32,000 nucleotides of DNA from Candidatus Methylomirabilis oxygeniifera (GCA_000091165.1 FP565575.1:1650001-1682000); one strand, 5' to 3'; positions 19,778 to 28,214 are shown, numbered from the stretch's first letter. The notes: generated by a model from the letters alone, not told the origin. Translations and numbers: made by a program.

Positions 19778-20524
19778 ATGACATTGCTGTGGATACTGGC
19801 TTTTGCCGTATTGGGGAGCGTTGGAGCAGTCGCGGGCGCGGCGACGGTGCTTCTGGTTCCTGAGAAGATGCGCGCAACGCTGATTCCATATCTCGTCAGT
19901 TATGCGACCGGCGCATTGCTCGGCGCGGCGCTGCTCGGCTTACTGCCCCATGCCATCGAACACCAACCTGCGGAGGCGATGCTCGCGACCGTACTCGCCG
20001 GTTTGTGCCTGTTCTTCGTGCTGGAGCGGATCGTCATCTGGCGACATTGCCACGTCGTCGGACATTGTGACGTACACAAGACGTCGGGTTACATGATTCT
20101 GGTTGGAGACGCGCTGCACAATTTCGTGGACGGCGTCATGTTGGCCGCGACGTTTCTCTCCTCGGTCCCGCTCGGGATTGCCGCCGGCCTGGCTGTCATC
20201 GCACATGAACTGCCGCAGGAGGTAGGCGACTTCGCCATCCTGCTGGACAGCGGACTGAAGCGGAAACAAGCCTTTCTGTTGAACCTCCTCTCCTCCGTGC
20301 CGACGTTACCCGGCGCGCTGCTGGGCTACTTTGCGCTGTCGCAGACGGTGGGAAGCGTTCCGTATGTCCTGGCGATCGCAGCCGCCAGCTTTTTGTACAT
20401 CGGTCTCGCCGATCTGGTGCCCGGACTCCAGGGACGCATCGGGCCTGAGACTGGGTGGAGACAATTTCTACTCATGCTGACCGGCGTCGGGACCATTCTC
20501 CTGGTCCAGCGCCTGCACGGCTGA
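19778..20524 (+). CDS. ZIP-family divalent metal transporter (copy 1)
   Basis: ZIP signature HELPQEVGDFAILL, HNFVDG and a His/Cys loop (HCHVVGHCDVH). About 8 TM segments. The ATG at 19778 is preferred to the listed upstream start at 19721. Confidence 0.85.
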   Translation: MTLLWILAFAVLGSVGAVAGAATVLLVPEKMRATLIPYLVSYATGALLGAALLGLLPHAIEHQPAEAMLATVLAGLCLFFVLERIVIWRHCHVVGHCDVHKTSGYMILVGDALHNFVDGVMLAATFLSSVPLGIAAGLAVIAHELPQEVGDFAILLDSGLKRKQAFLLNLLSSVPTLPGALLGYFALSQTVGSVPYVLAIAAASFLYIGLADLVPGLQGRIGPETGWRQFLLMLTGVGTILLVQRLHG

Positions 20525-20532
20525 AGGGCAAC

Positions 20533-21231
20533 GTGGCCTGTGTGGGCAATGATCTTACTCGAAGGCCTCCCCACCCGTTTGACGACCCGGCGGTATCCGA
20601 GACCTATGAGTCCTGGTATACGGGTACCGGAGTTCACGCGGAGGAGCTTGAACGACGCTTGCTCGAGCGGCTGCTCGCCCGATATACATGTGTCCGCAGG
20701 GTCTTGGACATCGGCTGCGGCACCGGGCACTGGACCCGCTGGCTGGACAATGCAGGGCCGGCTGTGTACGGAGTGGATCTTTCACGGGCCATGCTGCGCG
20801 AAGCTCAGCGCATGGGTACGCGTCGGTGTCTGCAAGCGGACGCGCAGGCCCTGCCGTTTCCGGACAAGACCTTCGATCTGGCGATGATGGTCACGACGTT
20901 GGAATTCGTTGCGAACCCACTGCGAGCGCTGGAGGAAGCGATCAGGGTCACCCGGAAGGGGGTCATCCTCGGCGTCCTCAATCGTCTGAGCCTGCTCGCG
21001 GCACGGCGTCGGTTTTTCGGAGAAAGCCTGTGGACAACAGCACGGTGTTTTAGCGTCCGGGAACTTGAGCGCCTGGCTCGCCGGGCAGGCGGACGACGAG
21101 TTCGAGCCACGGCTTGGCGCACAACTCTCTGGCCCATCGAGGCGGTGCCGGACCTTCCGCTTCCGTGGGGCGGCTTCATCGGGATGGCCGTGTCGCTTGA
21201 TGGGTCGCAGGAAGAAGAGGGCATCGCATGA
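20533..21231 (+). CDS. Class I SAM-dependent methyltransferase (Methyltransf_11-like)
   Basis: Motif I VLDIGCGTGHWT and post-I/II ALPFPDKTFDLAMMVTTLEFV. The likely start is the GTG at 20533 or 20542, just after the ZIP stop; the listed start at 20455 overlaps the ZIP gene. Confidence 0.8.
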   Translation: MACVGNDLTRRPPHPFDDPAVSETYESWYTGTGVHAEELERRLLERLLARYTCVRRVLDIGCGTGHWTRWLDNAGPAVYGVDLSRAMLREAQRMGTRRCLQADAQALPFPDKTFDLAMMVTTLEFVANPLRALEEAIRVTRKGVILGVLNRLSLLAARRRFFGESLWTTARCFSVRELERLARRAGGRRVRATAWRTTLWPIEAVPDLPLPWGGFIGMAVSLDGSQEEEGIA

Positions 21232-21509
21232 CAAGGATTGCGGCACAGGTCAGCCTGTATCCGCTTAGACAACCCCATCTGTCTCCGGCCATCGACCAGA
21301 TGCTCCGAATGTTTGAGCAGCACGGTTTGACGGTTAAGCCCGGCGCCATGAGTACGCTGATTACCGGCAGTGAGATGGAGGTCTTTGACGGACTCAAAGA
21401 GGCGTTCCTATGGACCATGAGTCAGGGGGAGACGGTGATGGTCGTCACCCTGTCGAACGCCTGCTCAGGACTGGACACCCCTGAAGACACCGGTCCACGC
21501 GACCGATGA
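21228..21509 (+). CDS. MTH1187/YkoF-like (DUF77, thiamine-binding-protein fold) small protein
   Basis: The N-terminal pattern AQVSLYPL and a length of about 93 aa are typical of the DUF77 family. ATGA overlap with the methyltransferase stop. Confidence 0.6.
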   Translation: MTRIAAQVSLYPLRQPHLSPAIDQMLRMFEQHGLTVKPGAMSTLITGSEMEVFDGLKEAFLWTMSQGETVMVVTLSNACSGLDTPEDTGPRDR

Positions 21510-21672
21510 TGTCCGGGAAGTACGTCATCGGCTATCCTATACTGAGCCATCGGGGTCTGGGAAGCGGAGCCACCCGGCAGCGAGTCGCAAACCCGCCGCG
21601 GGTGGGTTCCCGCCATCACGAGCTTTGGCTGCTGAAGAAGAGGCGACGAGATAACAAGGATGCCCGGACCGG

Positions 21673-22431
21673 ATGGTGAGCAAGGCACACGCGGCCATCG
21701 TCCTGCTATCGCTGTTGTCGTGCGTGACAACCGGCCTGGCTGTAGCGTTGGCGCTCAGGTTGCGCGAAAACGCCACGGCAATCGCCGGCGGCATCGGATT
21801 CTCCGCAGGCATCATGATCCAGATCTCGGTGCTGGAGCTCCTACCGGAATCCGTTGGCGCGATGGGGACCGCCGCGACTGTCGGCAGTACAGGTGCGGGC
21901 GTGCTACTGGTTTGGCTCGTCCACTTCATCATCCCGCACACGCACCTCGTTGAGGAGAAGGGGATAGCGGACAAGGCGCTCATCCGGTCCGCATACCGCG
22001 TGGTTTTCGGGCTGATCCTGCACGATGTGCCGGAAGGTTTCGCCTTGGCCAATGCCTATGTGGCGTCGCCGACCCTCGGCGTACTCGTGGCGCTGGCCAT
22101 CGCGCTGCACAATCTGCCGGAGGAGTTCGCCATGTCGGTGCCGGCGGTGATGCTCAAGAGCAAGGGCTTTCTCTTCGGCGCAGCGCTGCTTTCCGCACTG
22201 GCAGAACCTGCAGGCGCGATCATCGGAATCGCGGCGGTGGGGATCGCGCCTGCGCTCAATGCCCATTTCCTCGCGTTGGCCGCCGGAGCGATGATCTTCA
22301 TCTCGTTCCATGAGCTATTGCCGATGGCGCGGCGTTACCGCCATATCGGCGCATTTGTGTGGGGCGTTGCGCTCAGCGTGTTGTTCCACATACTACTTGC
22401 TGGCATGACCGCAAGACTGCTGCTGCCATGA
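21673..22431 (+). CDS. ZIP-family metal transporter (ZupT-like, copy 2)
   Basis: LHDVPEGFALA and LHNLPEEFAMS motifs. Multi-TM. The subfamily differs from ZIP copy 1. Confidence 0.85.
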   Translation: MVSKAHAAIVLLSLLSCVTTGLAVALALRLRENATAIAGGIGFSAGIMIQISVLELLPESVGAMGTAATVGSTGAGVLLVWLVHFIIPHTHLVEEKGIADKALIRSAYRVVFGLILHDVPEGFALANAYVASPTLGVLVALAIALHNLPEEFAMSVPAVMLKSKGFLFGAALLSALAEPAGAIIGIAAVGIAPALNAHFLALAAGAMIFISFHELLPMARRYRHIGAFVWGVALSVLFHILLAGMTARLLLP

Positions 22432-23672
22432 ACATCGAGCGCTGGCGCTGGTATTCGATCGCGGTCACTGTGCTGCTCCCAGCCCTGCACGGACTCATTG
22501 CCGCGGCCTCCCGCAGTCTGGCTGTCGTCGCGGAGCCGGTCCACAACCTCGTGGATTTCCTCACGGCAGTAGCCATGCTCGTGGGGCTCACGCGGGCCAT
22601 GCGCAAGTCCGAGGCCTTTCCTTATGGCCTTTGCAAGGTGGAGAACCTAGCACCGGCCGGCCTCTCCGGCACGGTCTTTGTCAGCGTCTACGAGATCGCG
22701 CGCGCGGCCCTCCTCGCCCCTTCCACGCCGGTTCAGGAGGACCCTTGGATGCTCGCCCTGCTGATGGTCACCGCAGCCATTCCGTTCGCCTTCAGTCACT
22801 TCGATCTGCGCGCCGGACAGGCCGCCAACTCGTCCGTCCTGATCGCCGATGCCCGGGAGTACCACGTGCATGTGTTCACCATCGGGCTCGCGCTGTGGCT
22901 ACTGATCAGCGGCCTGCTGGTCGAGACGACGCTGGCCGCTGAAACCCGTGCAACACGAACATCGCTGCGCATCACGGTGGTGTATAACAACGTGCCGCAC
23001 GCGCCCGGCCTCGCGACTGCCTGGGGCTTCGCGGCGATGGTCGCTGCCGGCGCCGATACCGTCTTGTTCGACACCGGAGGCGATGGCCCGACGCTACTTG
23101 CCAACCTGCGAAAGCTCGACATCGATCCGGACTCGGTCGATGCGATCGTGCTCTCGCACATCCACGGCGATCACACCGGCGGGCTCGACGATTTTCTGGT
23201 GCGCCGGCCGAACGTCACGGTCTATCTGCCGCAGTCATTTCCGGAGACCTTCGTGCGCGCCGTGGAGCGCCGCGGGGCGCGGGTCGAGACCGTGAGCGGG
23301 CCGCAGCGCCTGTTCGGGAATGTGTATACCACAGGCGAGCTGGGCGACGGCATCCGGGAGCAAGCGCTGATCATCGATACGTCCTTTGGTCTGGTGGTCA
23401 TGACCGGTTGCGCACACCCGGGTGTTGTCGAGATTGCCAAGGCGGCGCGCGCGTATCTGGGTAAGGAGATCCGCCTGCTGATGGGCGGTTTTCATCTGTT
23501 CGACCGCCGCCCGGATGAGAGTCGCGCGACCATTGAAGCGCTGCGTAGGGTCGGCGTGCGCAAGGTCGCGCCCAGCCACTGCACCAGCACTGAGGCGACC
23601 GGAATGTTCCGTACTGCCTGGGGCGATAACTTCATCGAAGGCGGCTGCGGCGCCGTGATTGAGCTGCCATGA
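22428..23672 (+). CDS. Chimeric protein: truncated cation-diffusion-facilitator (CDF) membrane domain fused to an MBL-fold metallo-hydrolase domain
   Basis: The N-terminal ~175 aa carry CDF TM2 and TM5 signatures (VHNLVDFLTAVAMLVGL..R...AFPYGLCKVENLA; VLIADAREYHVH) but lack TM6 and the cytoplasmic CTD. The C-terminal ~245 aa are MBL fold (LRITVVYNN..., LSHIHGDHTGGL, CAHPG, SHC). The ATG at 22428 overlaps the ZIP2 stop (ATGA). Confidence 0.7.
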   Translation: MNIERWRWYSIAVTVLLPALHGLIAAASRSLAVVAEPVHNLVDFLTAVAMLVGLTRAMRKSEAFPYGLCKVENLAPAGLSGTVFVSVYEIARAALLAPSTPVQEDPWMLALLMVTAAIPFAFSHFDLRAGQAANSSVLIADAREYHVHVFTIGLALWLLISGLLVETTLAAETRATRTSLRITVVYNNVPHAPGLATAWGFAAMVAAGADTVLFDTGGDGPTLLANLRKLDIDPDSVDAIVLSHIHGDHTGGLDDFLVRRPNVTVYLPQSFPETFVRAVERRGARVETVSGPQRLFGNVYTTGELGDGIREQALIIDTSFGLVVMTGCAHPGVVEIAKAARAYLGKEIRLLMGGFHLFDRRPDESRATIEALRRVGVRKVAPSHCTSTEATGMFRTAWGDNFIEGGCGAVIELP

Positions 23673-23839
23673 GCATACGCGAACAATCCGTGAGCCGCCC
23701 ACCGGCCGCGTTGCCCGCCGAGCTGCCGAGCGAGACGCGCGCAACGCTGATTCCGCACCTCATCAGTTATACAACCGGCGCACCGTTCGGCGCGGCTGCT
23801 CGCTCAGTATACGGCGGGGGCTCAGGACCTCACGTGTAA
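23669..23839 (+). pseudogene. 56-codon fragment of a third ZIP transporter gene
   Basis: ..SETRATLIPHLISYTTGAPFGAA.. aligns with EKMRATLIPYLVSYATGALLGAA near the N-terminus of ZIP copy 1, then terminates. The ATG overlaps the preceding stop (ATGA). It is too short to appear in the ORF track. Confidence 0.55.
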
Positions 23840-23893
23840 TCCTGTCAAATATGGGTAACACATTCGCCCTACCGGATAGGACCGTCAATAGCC

Positions 23894-26038
23894 CTAAAAC
23901 TCATACCTGGTGATGAAAGCGTCTCCAGTCCCCTTGAGTGCAGAGCCCAATGCCCCCGAGGTTGCGGGAAAGTCAGACGACTTGGCGCCCCCGGTTACAT
24001 ATACATGGCCTTCCTTGTCCACCGCGATGGCTTCGCCCCAATCATGCTGATTGCCCCCTAGGAAAGTGGAGTAGACGAGGCTAAAGCCGGTAGGGACAAG
24101 CTTCGTCACAAAAGCATCCCCCCAGCCGTTGTACGAGGTATCGATTGCTCCAGGCGTTGTGGGGAAGTTGAGCGACTTTGTCCTGCCTGTCACGTAGGCA
24201 TGACCTTCGTCATCTATGCCGATGCCGAACCCTATGTCGTACTCATTCCCGCCGAGGTAGGTAGAGTAGGTGAGGCTAGCGCCATTGGGGGCGAGTTTCG
24301 TCACGAAGGCGTCTCCATGGCCCTTGGATGAGGTATCGCGCGCTCCGGAGGTCGTTGGGAAGTCGTCCGAAAGCGTTCCTCCCGTCACGTAGGCATGACC
24401 CCCTGTGTCCACGGTGATGCCGTGACCCCAATCTGACCGACTTCCACCAAGAAACGTCGAGTAGACCAGGGCGGCGCCGGTAGGGGCAAGCTTCGTGACA
24501 AACACATCCCTGTCGCGGTACGGTTTGGTATCGAACGCTCCGGGAGTCGTCGGGAAGTTTAAAGAGAGGGTTTCTCCCGTTACATAGGCGTGTGCCTCGT
24601 TATCTATGGCAATACCATAACCCCAATCATACCGGACTCCGCCCAGGAAGGTGGAGTAGATGAGGCGCGCGCCGTTGGGGGCGAGCTTCGTGACGAAGGC
24701 ATCTCTGTCACCGTTGAAAGAGGTATCGAACGCTCCAGGAGTCGTCGGGAAGTTGGCGGAGCGTGCCCCGCCTGTCACGTAGGCATGGCCCTCCGTGTCC
24801 ACCGCGATGCCGTGCCCCCAGTCATCGCCGCTGCCGCCCAGGAACGTCGAGTAGATCAGGCGCGCGCCGTTGGGGGCGAGCTTCGTGACGAAAGCCTCCC
24901 GGTCCCCATTGTATTTCCGGCTGAAAGCCTCGCGTGTGGTGGGGAAGTTGGGAGACCTGGTCTCTCCCGTCACGTAGGCATGACCCCCTTCGTCCACGGT
25001 GATGCCGTGACCCCAATCATCGCTACTCCCACCCAGAAAGGTAGAGTAGACGAGACTGGCGCCGTCGGCAGCCAGCTTCGTCACGAATACGTCAGCAGCA
25101 CCGGCATACTTCGAATGAGCCGCTCCCTTGGACGCGGCGAAGTCAGACGATTCGGTCCTTCCCGTTACGTAAGCGTGGCCCTCCGCATCTACGGCAACGG
25201 CGAAGCCTATTTCATCTCCGCTTCCTCCGAGAAGGGTGGAGTAGACGACCACCGGGTCTATCACCAGTGCTCTGTTTGTATCGTAGGCGCCTACGTGGAA
25301 CCCGACGTGATGCGGCCCCTTGATCACATAGCCGCCCGAGACAGCTCGTCTTGTTCCCTCCATCTCCTGATAGAGCAACGGCTTCTGAAGGCGAATGTGT
25401 CCATCAGCGGTATGCAAGACCAGGTCACCCCGAGCATCTAAGCTGAGGCGCGTAGCGCCCTCGAAACGCAGTGTGATGGCTTTCGGATCCGCTCCTGGTG
25501 CGACGAGCAAGTCATATTCCAGTTGACCTTGGGTACCGTAGTAGACGAGATTGATACCTGGGTACACACTTTGATTGTGCACCTTGGCGTAGATAGGGAT
25601 ATCGGCGCGCCACGTGGTAGGATCGTTACCGCGAAGGTAGTGGACTCTGCCTGGTAACTTCTCGATCCCCACCACCTGGCGCCCAGAGTTGGCGCCCACA
25701 AGCTCCATCCGCAGAATCGTAGGGCCGGGCTGGGGGCTTGGCCGTTTCGGCGGCCGCAGGACCAATATGGCCCTGGTGTCGGTCAAAAAGATGGTGTAGT
25801 TCTGGCCGCGAGCCAGGAACTTCACTTGGGGGTCGGTCTGACCATGGTTAGCCTCGAAGTAGATAGGCAACTTACCGTATGCCGCTCCCGGATTGGCCTC
25901 AGTGGCTGTGTTGAAACCGGCCATGGAACCGGAAGAGACCGCAGGCGATGCCTGAGCCGGCAGGATCTGACAGTTCAGCATGGCAAGGAATCCAACCATC
26001 AGTCCGACTCGAGTTGTCGCGCGATCGATTACGTCCAT
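23894..26038 (-). CDS. Secreted SBBP (beta-propeller) repeat protein, seven repeats
   Basis: Signal peptide (VGLMVGFLAMLNCQILPAQA) and an N-terminal LPIYFEANHGQTDPQVKF domain. There are seven units of Y-S-T-[FLY]-L-G-G-x-x-x-D-x-G-x-x-I-x-V-D-x-x-G-x-x-Y-V-T-G-x-T-x-S-x-[ND]-F-P-T-T. Confidence 0.85.
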   Translation of the reverse strand: MDVIDRATTRVGLMVGFLAMLNCQILPAQASPAVSSGSMAGFNTATEANPGAAYGKLPIYFEANHGQTDPQVKFLARGQNYTIFLTDTRAILVLRPPKRPSPQPGPTILRMELVGANSGRQVVGIEKLPGRVHYLRGNDPTTWRADIPIYAKVHNQSVYPGINLVYYGTQGQLEYDLLVAPGADPKAITLRFEGATRLSLDARGDLVLHTADGHIRLQKPLLYQEMEGTRRAVSGGYVIKGPHHVGFHVGAYDTNRALVIDPVVVYSTLLGGSGDEIGFAVAVDAEGHAYVTGRTESSDFAASKGAAHSKYAGAADVFVTKLAADGASLVYSTFLGGSSDDWGHGITVDEGGHAYVTGETRSPNFPTTREAFSRKYNGDREAFVTKLAPNGARLIYSTFLGGSGDDWGHGIAVDTEGHAYVTGGARSANFPTTPGAFDTSFNGDRDAFVTKLAPNGARLIYSTFLGGVRYDWGYGIAIDNEAHAYVTGETLSLNFPTTPGAFDTKPYRDRDVFVTKLAPTGAALVYSTFLGGSRSDWGHGITVDTGGHAYVTGGTLSDDFPTTSGARDTSSKGHGDAFVTKLAPNGASLTYSTYLGGNEYDIGFGIGIDDEGHAYVTGRTKSLNFPTTPGAIDTSYNGWGDAFVTKLVPTGFSLVYSTFLGGNQHDWGEAIAVDKEGHVYVTGGAKSSDFPATSGALGSALKGTGDAFITRYEF

Positions 26039-26321
26039 GTTTCTCCTCCTGGTTGGAGTATCCAGATTCGCCCTCCAGACGAGGGCAGTTGGGCCAAGAG
26101 AAAGACCTACCGCTCTCTTACTCCATGCTCCCCGTTCTTCGGAAGAGCAATGGTTTCCCAGTTGAGGAATTCATTCTGATAGCATCCACCTCCAATGGTC
26201 AAGCGAATTCAGTGCGGCACATAGAGCCTCTCTGTGGGGTAGCATGATGTCAAGCAGCAGTAGGCGATGGGTGTCTCTCAGGCCCTGTTTAGGGCCCTAT
26301 TTTTTCAGGACCTCCCGCTCG

Positions 26322-26350
26322 TTGACAATGCCGCACAATAGTTGTATATG
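26322..26350 (+). promoter_or_regulatory. Candidate sigma-70 promoter (TTGACA-N17-TATATG) for the 26370 gene
   Basis: Consensus -35 at 26322-26327, a 17-nt spacer and -10 at 26345-26350. SD-like aaggtg at 26358-26363. Based on the sequence pattern only. Confidence 0.35.
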
Positions 26351-26369
26351 TTTAAACAAGGTGTCTTTC

Positions 26370-26675
26370 ATGAGCCGTTTGCCTCTCAAATCGATTGCGT
26401 TCGCGCTGGCGGTGGCCGTGCTCCTCCTACTGGGCGCGACCACGGGCGGCGCGTTTGCGCACGAGGTCCAGCACGCGGCCCACCACACGGCCGGTATGCA
26501 TGCCACGCCCATCTGCGCGTGGATGTGCGCCACGGCCGGCGCGGTCATTACGCCAGCGATCCAACCGGCTCAGTTCACGCTTGTTCAAGACACCGTACCG
26601 CCCTTCCTCAGCCCCCTGCGCTTATCTAAGTACTTGTCGCGCCTTCAAGCGCGGGCTCCTCCCGTTCTCTCCTGA
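26370..26675 (+). CDS. Small exported His/Cys/Met-rich protein (about 101 aa), function unknown
   Basis: The ATG at 26370 follows the candidate promoter and SD. Signal peptide LKSIAFALAVAVLLLLGATTGGAFA, then HEVQHAAHHTAGMHATPICAWMCATAG. The listed start at 26244 would add a non-signal-like extension. Confidence 0.55.
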   Translation: MSRLPLKSIAFALAVAVLLLLGATTGGAFAHEVQHAAHHTAGMHATPICAWMCATAGAVITPAIQPAQFTLVQDTVPPFLSPLRLSKYLSRLQARAPPVLS

Positions 26676-26878
26676 TCCTGTCCCACGTAGACCGAGTCCG
26701 GCACCAGGAGCGGCCCTTCGCCCTGGGTCTCGGGTATCCGTTTCCATTCATGGGAGTGAGTAGCATCACATCCGGCAGCGGTGAACGGGAGTCAGTAGAA
26801 GCGCAGCACCCTGAGTCAGCAGATGCAGCTATCGAGCGAAGTCAATCCAAGGCGCAACAAATGTAAAAGGAACCAGTC

Positions 26879-27508
26879 ATGACCAATAGTGTCAGATATT
26901 TAGTCATCCTCGTATGGGGATCAGCCATACTGTTCAGTACGAACCTCCACACTGTGTGGGCAGGCGGAGGCTGTGGGGGAATGGGAATGATGGGTGGCCA
27001 CATGCACGAGGGCCACGAACAGAGTAAAACGGACGAAGACGCCGGCCATACGCTCACGCATCTCCTCACACATGGGCAGGAGATCGGCCTCACATCGGAG
27101 CAGATCGGTGAGCTGAAAACCATGCAGCTTAACCTGAGTCGAGCCCAAGCCAGAGCGGAGGCCGACATCAAAGTGGCAACCCTTGAATTAAACGCGATAG
27201 CTGAGGATGAGCGGGCGGACTCGGCAGCGATCCAGGCCAAGGTGGACCAACTCAAGAAGGCGGAGGGCCATCTTCAATCTATGGCGATCAGGTCGGGGCG
27301 AAGCGCGCTGGCGATATTGTCTCCTGAACAGCGCGAGAAAGACGACGCACTGCGGAGGGAGATGATGGAAAGCATGAAAGCGGGGCAGGACCAGCATAGC
27401 GGTGGAATGGGTGGAATGCGAGGCGGAGGGCGTATGGGTACGGGTCGCAGCAAGGGTGGGAAAGACGAAGGAGTCGGAAAAGCGGAGACGACTGCACACC
27501 GACATTAG
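26879..27508 (+). CDS. Periplasmic LTXXQ-motif protein with Met/Gly/His-rich termini, copy 3 (diverged)
   Basis: Signal/anchor (YLVILVWGSAILFSTNL), then GGGCGGMGMMGGHMHEGHE. LTXXQ-like motifs LTSEQIGELK and LSPEQREKDD. The tail is SGGMGGMRGGGRMG. Confidence 0.75.
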   Translation: MTNSVRYLVILVWGSAILFSTNLHTVWAGGGCGGMGMMGGHMHEGHEQSKTDEDAGHTLTHLLTHGQEIGLTSEQIGELKTMQLNLSRAQARAEADIKVATLELNAIAEDERADSAAIQAKVDQLKKAEGHLQSMAIRSGRSALAILSPEQREKDDALRREMMESMKAGQDQHSGGMGGMRGGGRMGTGRSKGGKDEGVGKAETTAHRH

Positions 27509-27563
27509 GCCATTATTCAATGAGTGCGGGAAGGTCGCCTGGAGTGGCCGCGCTGGTCGAACA

Positions 27564-27668
27564 GAACCAGAGCTTGGACGCCACACCCAGCAAAGACCGA
27601 TTAACCTTGTCAGCCGCCAGATCGTCAGCAGGTGAAACGATAGGGCTTCCTGTGGCACCCGTGTAGGA
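27564..27668. repeat. Copy B of the 105-bp conserved non-coding element (partner at 3001-3105)
   Basis: See copy A. It lies 67 nt upstream of the cytochrome gene. Confidence 0.7.
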
Positions 27669-27734
27669 CAAGACGGCACCACGACCCTCATGAGTCATTG
27701 AGAGCGGACACGAACAAGAGGAGAAGAAAGAACG

Positions 27735-28214
27735 ATGCACAAGATTCTGATTGCCGTTGTCACCATTACATTGCTGACGGCAGGCTTTTCCTTTGCCGTA
27801 GATTATCACCAGATGCATAATGAGATGATGCAGAAGCAAGGCGGACCAACTACAGACGGCCGGACGGAACTGCGCCATATCCCGGCCCCGATGAAGATCA
27901 TGCATAAAGCGATGATGCGGCAGCATCTGGATCATGTGAGCCAGATTACAGCGGCCTTGGCGGCCAATGATCTGAACAAGGCGGCAGAGATTGCTGTAAC
28001 GAATCTTGGCTGGAGTCAGGAACGAGCACAGGAGTGTTCAGTATTTGAACCGGTGAAAAGCGGGTCGGATTACACAACACTCGCCGCTGCCATGCACAAG
28101 AAGGCCGACGAACTGGCCGACGCTGCAAAGTCCGGATACCGGGACAAGGCCTTCCAAGCCCTGGCGGAGCTGATTCACAACTGCAATGAGTGCCACAAGA
28201 AATTCAAGCATTAA
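27735..28214 (+). CDS. Class II c-type cytochrome (cytochrome c-prime / c556-like four-helix-bundle type)
   Basis: Signal peptide (ILIAVVTITLLTAGFSFA). A single CxxCH heme motif lies at the extreme C-terminus (NCNECHKKFKH*), as in class II cytochromes c. The mature N-terminus is Met/His-rich. Confidence 0.7.
   Translation: MHKILIAVVTITLLTAGFSFAVDYHQMHNEMMQKQGGPTTDGRTELRHIPAPMKIMHKAMMRQHLDHVSQITAALAANDLNKAAEIAVTNLGWSQERAQECSVFEPVKSGSDYTTLAAAMHKKADELADAAKSGYRDKAFQALAELIHNCNECHKKFKH

Noticed and set aside
21510-21672. Riboswitch-like leader upstream of ZIP copy 2 (gggaagcgg...cccgccatcacg is vaguely reminiscent of the cobalamin riboswitch core; local stem ccacccg/cgggtgg)
   Set aside because: I cannot find the B12 box or the GGTGAAA..TCC elements, and no match to TPP, NiCo or Mn riboswitch cores. 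It needs an Rfam cmscan before any claim can be made.
23894-23960. Possible 3' truncation of the SBBP gene (it ends ..GDAFITRYEF*, resembling the first strand of another repeat)
   Set aside because: Seven complete YSTxLGG repeats are present. A terminal partial strand is the usual 'velcro' closure of a seven-bladed propeller, so the gene is probably complete.
26281-26305. Terminator-like hairpin (ggccct-gttt-agggcc) followed by a T-run in the divergent intergenic region
   Set aside because: The stem is only 6 bp. No + strand gene lies upstream for it to terminate. It could belong to an unannotated sRNA, but there is no other support.
27520-27666. 48-codon ORF (MSAGRSPGVAALVEQNQSLDATPSKDRLTLSAARSSAGETIGLPVAPV*) reading through copy B of the 105-bp element
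   Set aside because: In copy A the same frame is closed by a TAG at 2999-3001 with no start codon. The substitutions between copies are mostly non-synonymous. The conservation is better explained as non-coding.
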